64,000 bases of DNA from Podarcis cretensis (Eukaryota), in assembly GCA_951804945.1 (NCBI GenBank), contig OX638153.1, positions 53,196,001 to 53,260,000 of the forward strand, written 5' to 3'. Below are positions 1-13,230 of the stretch, one piece after another. Positions within the stretch are counted from its first letter, which is position 1, and each line of letters starts with the position of its first letter. The translations under genes and the position numbers were made by a program. The notes under the pieces are model-generated. The model saw only the letters and a program-made list of their open reading frames with translations, did not search any database and had not been told where the DNA came from.

Positions 1-46
1 TGGCCCGGCGGCCCACACCGCAACACATGCTCTCATTTATTAGAGA

Positions 47-202
47 CAGTGGCATAGCGTGGGTTATCAGCACCCGGGGCAAGGCAAGTAATTTGCACCC
101 CCTAACCCATGGATTTGCGCCCCCTAACCCATGGATTTCCCTAACCCCCAGATGTTGCGCCGGTGCGGCCGGCCCCCCTGCACCCCCCACGCTACGCCAC
201 TG
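47..202. mobile_element. Non-autonomous hAT-type MITE
   Basis: TIRs CAGTGGCATAGCGTGGG (47-63) and CCCACGCTACGCCACTG (186-202); perfect 8-bp TSD ATTAGAGA at 39-46 and 203-210; internal 22-bp tandem unit. Confidence 0.9.
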
Positions 203-2713
203 ATTAGAGAACACGCTTTCTCAATATACTACAGAAGCAATGCATCTATTCATCAAAGAAGACGTTCTTCACACAATGCAATTAAAGCAAACATCAATAA
301 AATGTGAGCCAAACTGCAAATCAGTCATAATATTTCAAATCAAAAGAGAAGGGCAATGAGTTACCTCAAATTAAATGCACGATGAAACAAAATGGTCTTC
401 ACAGCTTGCTGGGATGCCAATAAAAAGTTAGGGCAGTTGAAATCTATGGGAGGGGTTTAAACAACCTGCTTGTCTGAGCTGAAAAGACCCTATGTCACAC
501 CCTACTGCTTTTAGCCTTCAGGAGCTGCTGACAGAAGAACAAGTGTGCAGGGTGAGAGCCTTCATAAGGGAGCTGTTTCTGAGGAAGAACTGTGAAGGGG
601 GAGAGACTCTATGGTCGCCATAACGGGATGGTAAATTTCATCTGTGTGGCCCCACCTTCCAGCCCTGTTACATAGGTGAGCTGCTGCCACAGAAACAACT
701 ATGAGGGGTAAAAGACTTTGTGTTGGCCAAAACTGGAGCGCTTTTCCCATCTGTTTTGCCCCACCCTCCCGCCCTAGGAGCCCTAATAATACCCTTAACA
801 TTCATTTTGAGTTGACCTATTGGTAAGCTGCATGCCTAGTTGAATGTTTATATATGCAAAATGAACAGTTAATTATTTTAATTTTGTCATATTAGGGTGC
901 AGTGATATTATATGTCTGGCCAAAAACAGATTGGCAGTCCCTGGGCAATGCATCCAATTGCGTCTTGCTACCCACATCTAAAATATACACTACCTTAATA
1001 ATTCCACTGAAAGCCAGGCTGTGTGGATAAGCAGCACTGCTCTCAAGAGATTCACAACTGAGTGGGCATCTGAGCTGGACCCAAAGTTTTTAATCTATCA
1101 AGAGAGATGTGAGCAGAAGGCTGCTTGCATGCAAGGGTCCCCTATCTTACTGGATGTGGGGAGGGGCAAGGTAAAGGAGATGAAATGTCCTCCTCTTTGC
1201 CCTGTCCCTCTGCTTTTTGGGGGATGGAATGTAACAGAAGAGAGGAGGAGTGATATATAAAACTGTATATATGTGATTCAGACCTACACTTGTCAAATCC
1301 AAATACTGCCTTCATTTCTTTGATCTGCCTTACATCCTCTGGAGTCAGTACCCTGGCAACCTAAGTGGCTGACTTGGAAAGAATCTTGATCATTATAAAG
1401 AGCATTTTCTCAAGCATCATTAAAAATAAGTGCAGCATACACCATAAATGTGTGGCTTAATTTAATTGAACTTTCATTTTTTGCCTGTTCGTGGTTGCAA
1501 AATTTTCTGCTGCATTTAAATATTAAGAATGAACCTACACATAGTCAGTTCCTGCTTTCGTCCTGACTGGCACAGTTGCTTCTATTCCAATTATCCAACC
1601 CACTGGCTGCCTAAGTATTGATGTTCCCAAGCTATGGACAAGAAGAATTAGATACAGAAGCAAATTGCCTTGTAGTGTTTCTTTCCTCAAGTGTAATTCT
1701 TTTGGAAGGACGCTTAGTTTTTTCATTATCTTCTTTCTTCAAAGGGCAAGCATGCACAGAAAACTTTCTAGGACCAGGTGCTATTTGCTTTGCTGCTATT
1801 AATTGGTTTATTTTAAAAGAGCCAAGAGACATTATCTTTTAGGAAAATGAAAAGCATGTTTTCTGAACACGTTTAATCCTCTGAGCAAATAAATGCTACA
1901 CAGAGTATCTATATAAGGGTTGATTCTTAGAATGTATTCACATCTAATAAATCTTCTATATTTCTGGCATCACTTGTCATTGCAGGTGAACTTTCAGCTT
2001 TCCTCTCTAGCAAATATCCCACGTTTTTGGGAGTAGGCAAATATCTGAAACACCGCCTTCTTCCCTATACAGATCCCCTTGGGTGCTAAGATAGGCAGAG
2101 AGGGCCCTATTGGTAGTGCCTCTCCACCCTCAAAATAACAAGAGATGGGGGAGACATTCAATTCAGTTGGCATTTTAATGCAATCCTACCTAATTTGCAT
2201 TTTTAAAACTATTAACTGAAGCCATCCTTTTACATTCACATCTCTGAATGTTATTATTTAGTGCTGTTCACCAGCTGATTAATGTGTACAAAGTTCCCTA
2301 TATTGTGCACAGAAATGTATATGTGCCAAGTAAGGCCAGTGTGAGGTGTGCCCTGGACAGAGTTTCAAGGGAAAGGCCTGGTTGGGCACATTTGGCCTGA
2401 GGTTCCCAACCCCTGAGATATTGTTTTCTGCTGTCATTTGTTCAAAGGAGCTCCTACTGTGGTAAGTTCTGCCCTCTGTGAGTCTTCTCAAAGGCCAGAA
2501 GCTCTTTACTGTGTGATCTAAGAAGCAATATCTGTGTGGTTACCATCTACATCAGTACATCTATTGAATGAACAGTAGATTATCCTACAGTAAAGGGAAA
2601 ACAAAGTAGTTTCAACTGCTCCTTCATATTAAATCAAGTTAGACTTCCAAATCCAAGCCTTAATAAATGAAAAAATTGATTCAGAGTGTGGAAATTAATA
2701 TAGTAAGAATTAC

Positions 2714-2796
2714 CTCTTGCTTATTGGCTTGGTATGCCTTGGTTTAATCCATATTATTGATTCAGGTGTAAAGTGACTGACAGAAAATGATGGCTC
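2714..2796 (-). other. ENOX2: Candidate 5'-leader exon C (83 nt; 86 nt with the alternative NAGNAG acceptor) of an ENOX-family gene
   Basis: Minus strand: atttcatttag/tag|GAGCCATC...AGCAAGAG|gtaatt. It contains the stop codon of the spliced uORF. The gene identity is recalled similarity to mammalian ENOX1/ENOX2 5' UTRs and was not checked by search. Confidence 0.5.
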
Positions 2797-5700
2797 CTAC
2801 TAAATGAAATATAGCAACAGTTCATGGAAACCATCCTCTCCCCACCTAAAAAAGAAAATATTGAAGATGTTAAAGCCAGTAGGCTGCCACTATGTTCCCT
2901 CATTATTCCTTTTTCTATACTCGTATTTTACATTTATGACTAATAATGCTTGCTGTTTTGCTGTGCCTAGATATTGCAGAAGTGTAGCTAATCAAGAGCA
3001 GTAAAAATAAGAATGAATTACAATGCTGGAGAAATGAAAGAGAGAAATTCCCCCTTCTGCCCAGAACAGGATCTAACAAACCTTTCATTAAGTCAACCTG
3101 TTGGCAGAATTGTCCTTCATTTGTCCTTCATTCTTCCATTTATGGTAGTTACAGTCTCTGTTACACCTATCCACTGCAACCTGAAGGCCCGTCTATAAAG
3201 TTCTGCTGTGCTCTTCAAATAATTCTACTTTTGTAACAGAATACTCCAGGAATCAAATACAGAATGTGTGCATATGTTTATGCTGAACTTGCATCCTGCC
3301 AAGACAGTGGCACCCTGGGTAAGGAGTGGTTCCTGTGTTTGAGAAATTAGTCAGCTGCCTGCCCTGGACAGGGTTGTAGCCAGGATGGTAGCTTACATGT
3401 AGCCTATATGTACATTTAACATTTAACATCCAACAGGTACCTTCCAAGGAGGAAGGAAGCCCAAGCTATCATGTTAACAGGCATTTTTAACAAGCAATTT
3501 TCCCAAAGAAGCTATTCAAGTTCTTACAGGGAACATCAACCTATACAGACGTTTGATAGGCTCAACTCTGCCGCATAAAGGCCTGGCCTCTCTACCTTCC
3601 CATAATTACATCACTTCAAGTATGATGTGACAAGCGCTTTTTGTACAATCAGCAAGAACTAAATATCTTGTCTTCTGATAACTAAAAATAAGTATGCCTC
3701 ATCTTGTTTGTTACTATTGGAAACTCTGAACTTGAAGTTACCACCCTGAAAATGCTAAGCTGACATGATGAATACTAAAGTTGCTAACTTCTGCTGAGAG
3801 AGACTTCTAAGACCTAAGGTCTACTGAATATAAAATATGATGCTAAAGGTATTGATTATTGATTGACTGTATAAAACTATAACACCTGTTATTTTACATG
3901 CTTTTCAGAGGACTTAACCAAAAGTCTTCCCTCTGATCAGAGATTTGCTGCTTCTTATAGATAAGAGGTTGGGAACCCTGGGGCAGTCTCAGCCAACAGA
4001 ACCATTTCTTCCCCAACCATGCCCACCTAGGTGACATCAGCTTAAGGAAGGGGGCAGAGTTCAATCCTGCTGGGTGCTGCTTTGCCAGTGTATTCCTGGC
4101 AGAACATGAGCTGGCAAAACAGACCTCTCCCACCATGAGTCAACTTTGACAAGTGGGTGGGATGCCATCATGTCAGAAGATTGACTTGTGGGTGGTCCTG
4201 CGGGTGGGAGTCTGTGGGTGGGAGAGAGAAAGATCGGCCCACTGAGCCACAGAGGTTCCTCACCTCTATTGTAGACAGCTGCCAAGCATTGACAATTTGG
4301 CTTCACTCTGCTGGGATTTTCCTCTTCTCAGCCATCTCCTATTGCATCCTTGGACAGCAACTCCTTGCTTCCATTGGAACTTTTCAGCTGTCAGTCCTCC
4401 TAGGGCTTAGTTAGAATTAAACAAGCAGTATTTCCCCTCATTCTGTTGACTATTTACAAACCGAATAGCTTTTACATATGCATTTGAACACTTACATAAC
4501 CTTTACAGCTTCTCCACAGCACCCAAGGCTGGCCAAGTTATTTTGACACCTGAAACTGAAAATCCCACAAATGCCTCTCCCTGGTATTAAAAATACTATA
4601 ATAATATATTATGTAACTAACAATTCAGACAGGTACCTGAAATTTTGATATTTTGCACCTGCTGAAAATATTTTTCTTTTGCCAGGCAGTGTTGGTGATT
4701 TATTCTGTATTTTATAATTTTATGGTATTTTCATAATTGTATGGCATACAAAAAATGATTTAATGGCTTGTGAATATTCTCCCCCCAAGAAAAAATGCTG
4801 ACTCTTTCATAGCAACAAAAATCAGCAGCCTGAAGCAGCTGCCTCATTTTGCATAATGATAGTGCCAGCCCTGTTAGTACCACAGAAGCAAGCGAAATCC
4901 TTCTTCATTGTCAACCGAGCTTTATATTACACATTGAAATTCATTGGCCATTAAACATTACACAAACAAAAAGCCTCAGCTTGCCTTCAAGTGTGAACTC
5001 AGCAGGAAACACAACCCATCCCAAGCCTAAGGTCACCTAACCATTGTCATACTCATTTATTTATTCCCTTAAATTTATAAAACCACCTTTCATCATTCTG
5101 ATCCCAGGATGCGTTACAACTAACTATATTGTGCTTTTTTTCTTTTCCTACCCCAGGTATAGAGAACCTTCGGCTCTCCAGCTGTTGCTGGAATGACAGC
5201 TCCCATAATCCCTAGCTATTGGCAATACTTTCTGAGGCTGATGGGAGCTGTGGTTCAGCAACTTTCAGGGGGCCAAAAGCTCTCCAGACCTGTCCTACCC
5301 TTCAAAAATGGGTACAGAAGTTGAGCTGGTATTGAATTGGAATCATTGGAGTCTAACCTGAAACCTGTGTCAAATTCCATGCTCAATGTGTCTGTGCTCA
5401 AGGGCATGATTGTGTTACTTGCAAACAAACAGATTGCCAAATGGGCAAAGTTAAACCAACAGCTTCACTTTGCTTGGTCAACAAGTAGCATGGAACCCAA
5501 GAGGCACTGCCAAAAAATAAATGAGCTATTGATTAACATTGTACTGAGATTAATTAGGTTTGTGTTTGGACTTATTTTCAGCATTGCTTACTTTTTTTGT
5601 CCTAACTTTACAGAGAGTGTAGTGAATTGGTAAGAGTGGGAGGAACATTAAGCAAATTTTCAGGTTCTTTCTTTCTTTATTTCATCTGTATACCACCTGC

Positions 5701-5828
5701 AGATCGTAGGGTAGCTCACAACATAAAAATACAAAATGAGAATACCCCACACTAAAAATCAGATGCCCAACACTAAGAAGCAACCAGATGAACACTTAGC
5801 ATGCTTTGCTCCCTGCTTATGCCCTGTA

Positions 5829-6204
5829 AGGTAAAGGTAAAGGTACCCCTGCCCGTACGGGCCAGTCTTGACAGACTCTGGGGTTGTGCGCCCATCTCAC
5901 TTAAGAGGCCAGGGGCCAGCGCTGTCCGGAGACACTTCCGGGTCACGTGGCCAGCGTGACATCGCTGCTCTGGCCAGAGCCAGAGCCAGAGCCAGAGCCG
6001 CACACGGAAACGCCGTTTACCTTCCCGCTGGTAAGCGGTCCCTATTTATCTACTTGCACCCGGAGGTGTTTTCGAACTGCTAGGTTGGCAGGCGCTGGGA
6101 CCGAGCAGCGGGAGCGCACCCTGCCGCAGGGATTCGAACCGCCGACCTTTCGATCGGCAAGCCCTAGGCGCTGAGGCTTTAACCCACAGCGCCACCTGCG
6201 TCCC
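5829..6204 (-). mobile_element. Sauria SINE, full length, young subfamily
   Basis: tRNA-like head GGGACGCAGGTGGCGCTGTGG with B box GGTTCGAATCC, (ACCTTT)n tail; 15-bp TSD TGCTTATGCCCTGTA at 5814-5828 and 6205-6219. Confidence 0.95.
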
Positions 6205-8068
6205 TGCTTATGCCCTGTATCAGTGACCATTTCTCTTCAGGAAACAGTAGTTTTATCTACTATACAGAACTAACAGGTCAGTTCACAGTGCATGCATTGA
6301 GATGTTCTTAATTGCAAGTGCTATGCTCAAATGTAAGCTATCTGTGGAAACAGAAGACTTCTATATGCCCCTTATAATAGGCCACCATTGGGTGAGTGTA
6401 ACCCCAGAACAAATTATTTACATTGTCTTCAGAAGAAGGAAAATATAATGCAAGATAAGCCTAAGGTGCAAAAACAGGTGTACTCTGAGGGTTTTTATAC
6501 AATAATGTGATGAAGCATTACCTACCTAAAGATGAAGGTGAAGTAGAGAAGCTTCTGGTTAAACAGATGTTGCTTTAAGATTGTTTGAACAGTTTAAGTA
6601 TGAGAACAGAGCACATTCTACCTTAAATCATTTGTATACATACGGTTCTCTGACACAGCTTGTCATTTAAGTGCTTTTTAAACACATACATCTCACATGT
6701 CTCATTTCCTCCCTAATTTTTTCCAATGGCACAATATTATTCCCCATAGTAAAGTAGTCCAACCTGGTCCTTGTCCAATTTCCATACAACCTGCTCCTCC
6801 TCTCATGGCAAGGAATATTCCAGTGCTACATAGAAAATAGTAAGCCATAAAGTCCTCTTTTCCAACTAAAAGGGATGGAATATAGGGACAGAGGCAAATT
6901 TTGTTTTGTCAAGATTTTTAAGCAAATTCACACCTCCTGGATTAATACATGGTTTAGAACATTAATTATCATTTGGATTTTGCACTTTTCAGATTTTTCT
7001 GACATAGTACTTTATTTTTAAAAAATGTGTATGCAAGATAATTTTGTTTCAAAATGTGTACATCAAGATAAAATATGTATTTAAATACATTTTTAAAAAA
7101 AAAATACACAGATTAATGAGAAAATGAGATGGAGTGGATTTATGAATGAACACAGGCCAGTAGCATTCTAAACTGTCCTTCTCTACTAAATGAAGCTAAG
7201 ATTACATACCATACCATACCATAACAGGTGGGTTACTTTCAACTATTTCAATATAAGCAAATGCATGGCTCCTCAGTGTTTTACAAATAGTATTGTACAA
7301 TGCCAATTATATTCTTATTAGGATCCCCCCTTTCACACAAACACATACCTATGCACTTTCAACTTTGCATGTGCCTGGGAATGATGGGTTCAGCTCTGCC
7401 AGTTATTAAACAAATGGAACTCTCAACAATAATAAGTACGGTAATTTTCTGAATGTAACAAGGATTGAAAAGTGCCAAGACTTCATGGTGTTGCCTCACA
7501 AAAATGATAATGAACTTCAATTAAAACCTCCAGATGCTGTACATTTTGCACTATTTCTACAAATAGATAAATTGCTAGGAGTGTGTCAGACCACTGTGAT
7601 GTATAGTAGAGGACTGTAAAAGCAGTACAATGGCAAATAGAATGAAAGCACTTTAGATCCTTCCATGTGTAATCTAGTCAAGGGATCTGTCTGTTACGAT
7701 TTGGAACAGACACTTTCAAAGGTTGCTTTCATGCTGCCCAAATATGACTTCAGCACAAGGCAGCCTTGGCCCCCTGGGTTCCATTGTGAATAAAGGTGGG
7801 ATATAATTTCAATACGTGTGTGCATACATTTTGCTTTTAGTCTGTGCAATGCTATTGATTCTATATAAGCAACAACAGTTATACATTGATGGATAAAACT
7901 GCCATTCAGAGCCAGATTTCAAGTATGGAGGCAGAGGAACAAGATCTGTAGCTGTATCTGGAGGGTCTCAGGAGGCCTGCAAGCCCATTACCACAAGGGA
8001 AAAAAATATATTGCACATCATGCTTAAGAAGCTTTATGCAAATATACTCCTCTGTATGAATGTAGGTA

Positions 8069-8431
8069 GGGACGCAGGTGGCGCTGTGGGTTAAAGCCTC
8101 AGCGCCTAGGACTTGCTGATCGAAAGGTCGGCGGTTCGAATCCCTGCGGCGGGGTGCGCTCCCGCTGCTCGGTCCCAGCGCCTGCCAACCTAGCAGTTCG
8201 AAAGCACCTCCGGGTGCAAGTAGATAAATAGGGACCGCTTACCAGCGGGAAGGTAAACGGCGTTTCCGTGTGAGGCTCTGGCTCGCCAGAGCAGCGATGT
8301 CACGCTGGCCACGTGACCCGGAAGTGTCTCCGGACAGCGCTGGCCCCTGGCCTCTTAAGTGAGATGGGCGCACAACCCCAGAGTCTGTCAAGACTGGCCC
8401 GTACGGGCAGGGGTACCTTTACCTTTACCTT
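8069..8431 (+). mobile_element. Sauria SINE, full length, young subfamily
   Basis: Same head and tail as the 5829 copy; 14-bp TSD TATGAATGTAGGTA at 8055-8068 and 8432-8445. Confidence 0.95.
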
Positions 8432-10899
8432 TATGAATGTAGGTATATGGTGCATCTAGATGTGAGATCTGCGTTAACTAGAACAGGTCATGCAGTGAGA
8501 GCAAAGGCAATTCCCAATATCCCCTAAGCACAGGTAGGAAGAGCAAACAGGCTGCCAGAAATATAAAGAGCTTAAACAAATTGAACTAAAAAGAAGAAGC
8601 AAATAACACTTGGGGGGGGGGTCAGAACAGACAAGGCCTTTCATTTCATGTTGATTTTTTAAATCAAAAGAGGAATCGGATGGAGGGTGATACAGGTTTC
8701 ATCCCCAAAGAAATTAGGCTTGAGCACTGTTCTGAGCAAGCAATTTTAATTAACTGAAAAATTAATCCTCCATCAGAGCCATATTAATCTGAACTGTCCA
8801 GTGTTCTAGTTGAATGCCTTTTTTTCTAGCAAAGCAAAAGACAATGAGTTGAGTCATATCAGCAGCATCCATATTCTTTTCCTAACCCTCCATAAACAAT
8901 ACACACCTCTGCTGTTGTATTACTACTATGGATGCCACCTGAAAAAATTTGTTCTCCAGAATATTGGTATGCACACTACTTCTGCTGTCCTAACAAAACT
9001 TGGGCTCAGTTTTCCATACACCTAGCTCTGAATATGCAGACAATTTCCAACCATTTGCAGACTTCTAGGTAGTGGAATCAAGTGGTGCTATAACTAGAAA
9101 GGTCTGCATCTAGCTTTCAAGTGGGATAGGGGGCGGCCTTTGGTTGATCTTATTGACATCCAACACCCTTTTAGAATGTGGCACTTTTTTTTGGGGGGGG
9201 GGTTAATTGGGTTATTGTTTTTGGTTTGATTTGATATGTTGAGGCCTTGTTTGCAAACCTCTCTGAGACCTCCAGGTATAGGGCAGTGTATAAACTGAAT
9301 AAATCATCATCATCATCATTTTTGATGATAAAATATAATAATCATATAAGCTGAGATGTCTTTAGAAGGAAGGCATATACTGGTCTACTGATATACCAGT
9401 AAATAAATAAATGAACTGCAGTACTAGGCTAACCAGGCCATATAACAACAGTCACATGACCTTGCAAGGAGAACTCTAACTTTATGACAATTCATCCACT
9501 TTTACCTCAATACCATTCTAATGCCTTAAGCCTAAGCAACATGGTAGGCATTAATGATCAGGCATTAACGCCATTCATTCTCTAATAGCAATCCTACAAC
9601 ACACAGATTTGCACAAAGGATGCCTAATCCTAAATTATCTAGCTTTTTTGCCCATATAACCCCCTGAGTCAAGGCTGCTCTGCTTCATTATTGTCTTTGC
9701 AAAGCACAGCTGTATTTCTTCCGAGTACAGCATTATACCTGCCTAGCAAATAGGTGTTTCAAAATGAAAGCATTTTTCACTTCCAGGAAAGCTAACCACA
9801 TTCCTGGAAAACAACCTTGATTTATAATCCTGTAACTGCTGTTCAAGTTGCTGCTGTTTCACCATTACCAAATCATGAATTCTTAGAGCTCAATGGTGAT
9901 AGATGCAGAAAAATTAATGAACTATAGGCTTGCTTGTATTTATTTCTTAACAGGGATGAAGGCAAATTCAAGTCCCCTTGAAAGTACATCTGGCTGGGTT
10001 TAGGAATTAGTATGGGCAGCCTTTGCAGAGTATAGTCATTATTAGATATTACTGTCACATGAAATGAATATATGTATGGAAAGGGCAGCAACATCTCAGC
10101 CCTAGGCCTATGTAAAACATAAAATTGAACTCCTATTTTTGTTGGGTCAAGATATCACATATAAATTGTCATGAGGTGGGGCAAGGGTCATTTTTTTGAC
10201 CAATGCACCATTTCAAATATTGTTTCAAAGTTCACGAAAAGGATTGTAGGAGCCTGCTGAAAGATTTCTAAGTTTCTGGCTTTGGTTTTTTGAGTCAATG
10301 AGCTCAAAAACTGAATTAGAGGTTTTTCAGTTAAGGTAGGAGAGGGGAATGGCTGTCAGGTAGTATGTCCCTTGGGATTGGGGGGTGGGGCATGACTGAA
10401 TTAAGGAAATGGGCACCCAGTTCTCCAATGTCTGAAAATTAGGATTTTCTTTTCCGTGTATGCCTGGAGGAAAGTTTTCTCATTTGTCTTCTTCCTGTTG
10501 CTAAAGGAATTATTTCAAAGCTAGAAAAAGAGGAAATGTTTCTCATTAATATTTATCCAAGGTTTAAGACTTCTTAGAACCACCTTGAATACAGAGATAT
10601 AGATCAGCATGGTATCGTAGCAGGGACTTAATCTCTTGATTAAAGTGGTGCATCATGCGAGGAAAAGTGCTCTATGTAAATTCCAAGTGCAGAGAATTAA
10701 CTAATCTTAAAATTCACTTTTAAAGAAATAAGCTGTTCCATTAGTTGTTTGTTAACTATCCCAAATTCTTTTTGGATGACTCTCCAACAGATCTTAGGGA
10801 AATCACCTCTTGCTACATATAAATTAATCATAGGACAATGTTTTCCACTGATTTATTGCTTCAGTGGCAGGAAACTCATTCATTTATCTTCCAGGCTCC

Positions 10900-11070
10900 A
10901 TCGGGACTATACTTTCAAAGCAGTTATCCTACCACTTCAAACAGCCAAGGCTTCCCCCAAAGAATCTTTGAAACTGTAGTTTCTGAAAGGTACAAAGAAT
11001 TATAAGGAGGCCCCTGTTCCTCCTATGGTGCTACAATTCCCCGAGTGGTTTAACAATCAATCCATATTGC
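10900..11070. mobile_element. Degenerate short interspersed repeat (MITE-like); second copy at about 36730-36910
   Basis: Both copies share the motifs 'ccccaaagaatct...tgtagttt' and 'gctacaattc'. Confidence 0.55.
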
Positions 11071-12294
11071 AAGGTAACAGCTATATCTAAAAACACAGTC
11101 ACAAACACTCAAAGATAGGAAGAGGGAGCAGATATGGTCACTACAGCCAGAACAATTTCTGATGTGAAGCCTAGAGTTCATAAACAAAAGCTTCACAGCA
11201 AATTCCAAAACCAATTAGATAAAGGAATAAATAATTTTGGACAGTCATCCCTTCTAATACCTAGTATGACTCTGAATTCATGGTAGCATAAGAATCTTAA
11301 CCATGGTAAGATTTTGTTTCGTTTCTTTAATTGACATGGGTCACTCTTTGGTTAGTATGATTGGATTTGCACTCGAACAATAGCCACATCCCATGAGGGA
11401 CATCCTAATGTAATTAGGACTGATTGGATTGCATTGCCAAAGGTCACATTCTGTGCATATGACTTGCAACATCATCTCCATAGACGTGACCAATTTGTAT
11501 CCTTCATCTAACTTTCCCCCAGGGCAGGCCTCTTGCAGCCTCCTTGTTCTGGCTTCCGCACAACACAAGCAGAGGTTCTTACTTGGAAGTAAGAAAGAAA
11601 TCTTGCCTGAATAAAGATAGATGAAGGATAGATGAACCTTGACAGCAGACATGAGTACTGGCTTGGCAGCAGACACAGAGTGCTCAGGAGTCACAGTTCA
11701 GGAGCAGGGCAAGAAGTTCATAATTGGACAGAAGCAACCAAGATATCCCAAGAAGCTTCCATTCCCTTCCCCTCCTGCCAAGCTTTTAAAGGTATGAGGT
11801 ATAGTGCACTCAGTTGTGGGACTCTATTGCCTTGTGGGAATATCAAGATTGCAAATGCATGATGTGTCGGCGTTGTTAGGTCTGCTCCCATCTGCAAAGG
11901 TAGTGCTTGGTTAGACTGCACCCTCTTGTTCAGGATCAAAGCCCTAATCAAAGCCCTCCCCAACCTCCACTGAGGCTCTCCAGTCCTCTGGGAGCTTGTA
12001 GGAAGGAGCTGGCATCTCTGCTCCTGCTTCAGAAGTGATTGGAGTCGGGGTGGAAAGGTGAGATATTCCCCTCTCCAATCCAGGTTCACAGGCCCCACTC
12101 CCCTGTTTCCTCCTCATCCTCCACCAGAGCCTGCCAGCCCAAGCACTGCAGGGCTCATAACAATCTTTGCTTTCATTGCAAAGTGAACCAAACTAAAGCC
12201 ATTTTTAAAATCATATAGCCAATATCAGAGTAGAGCATCTTCCAGGCTCTTGAGATAGCAGCCCATCAGCAGGAGCACCATATAAAGCACATTA

Positions 12295-12645
12295 AAGATA
12301 AAGGGACCCCTGACCATTAGGTCCAGTTGTGGCCAACTCTGGGGTTGCAGCGCTCATCTTGCTTTATTGGCCGAGGGAGCCGGCGTACAGCTTCCGGGTC
12401 ATGTGGCCAGCATGACTAAGCCACTTCTGGTGAACCAGAGCAGTGCACGGAAATGCTGTTTACCTTCCCGCCGGAGCGGTACCTATTTATCTACTTGCAC
12501 TTTGATGTGCTTTCGAACTGCTAGGTTGGCAGGAGCAGAGACTGAGCAACGGGAGCTCACCCCGTTGTGGGGATTTGAACCACCGACCTTCTGATTGGCA
12601 AGTCCTAGGCTCTGTGGTTTAACCCACAGCGCCACCCGAGTCCCT
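12295..12645 (-). mobile_element. Sauria SINE, older subfamily
   Basis: Reverse-complemented SINE with diagnostic 3' region (ggacccctgaccattaggtccag); TSD TATAAAGCACATTA at 12281-12294 and 12646-12659. Confidence 0.93.
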
Positions 12646-12659
12646 TATAAAGCACATTA

Positions 12660-13230
12660 CAATAGTCTAATCAGGAGGTGACCATAGCATGGGTTACTAT
12701 GGCAAGGCTATCCCAGTCTAGGTATAGCTGTTGCAGGTGAATCAACCACAGCTTGGAATACCCATGCGTTCTGTGGAACTCTCTCTCAATGGAGATCTGA
12801 CAGGCAGCCTCCTTTCAGAATTTCAGGCGCATGACAAAGACTTTCCTATTTCAGCAGTCATTTTAAGGTATTTTTCCATTTTTACGATAAATTGCAATTC
12901 ATCATACCGCTTAGGTATTCTTACTATTAAGCAGTATATAATAAATATCTGAAATAAAAATAAATAAAATAGGCACTCCTAGCTTCTGAAAGCACCTGGC
13001 CCTCAAGTGACAAAGCTGGAACCAGAAGTAACCCCAGGTACCTACTTCTTCATGAGTACAGCACCTTCCGGAATCAGTCGTTTGCTTAAATGCAGGCCAT
13101 GGGAATGATTCTCCAACTGCACCTTTTGCTTGTTGGGATTAAGCTTCATTTTACGGGTTTTCATCCAAGATATTACTGCCTCCAGGCACTAGTTCTGCAG
13201 AGAGTTTTGGGAAATACAGCTAGGCACCAT
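12660..13230 (-). mobile_element. Old, degenerate L2-type LINE RT fragment
   Basis: Resembles the antisense of an L2 RT region ('aatagtctaatcaggaggtgaccatagcatgg'); heavily decayed, boundaries approximate. Confidence 0.4.

Noticed and set aside
3766-3828. Box C/D snoRNA-like pattern (ATGATGA...CTGA)
   Set aside because: It is antisense to the inferred host gene, has no terminal stem and no recognisable guide sequence.
8069-8160. tRNA genes at SINE heads (also 51375 and 58168)
   Set aside because: A and B boxes are present, but they are tRNA-derived SINE heads with no complete cloverleaf.
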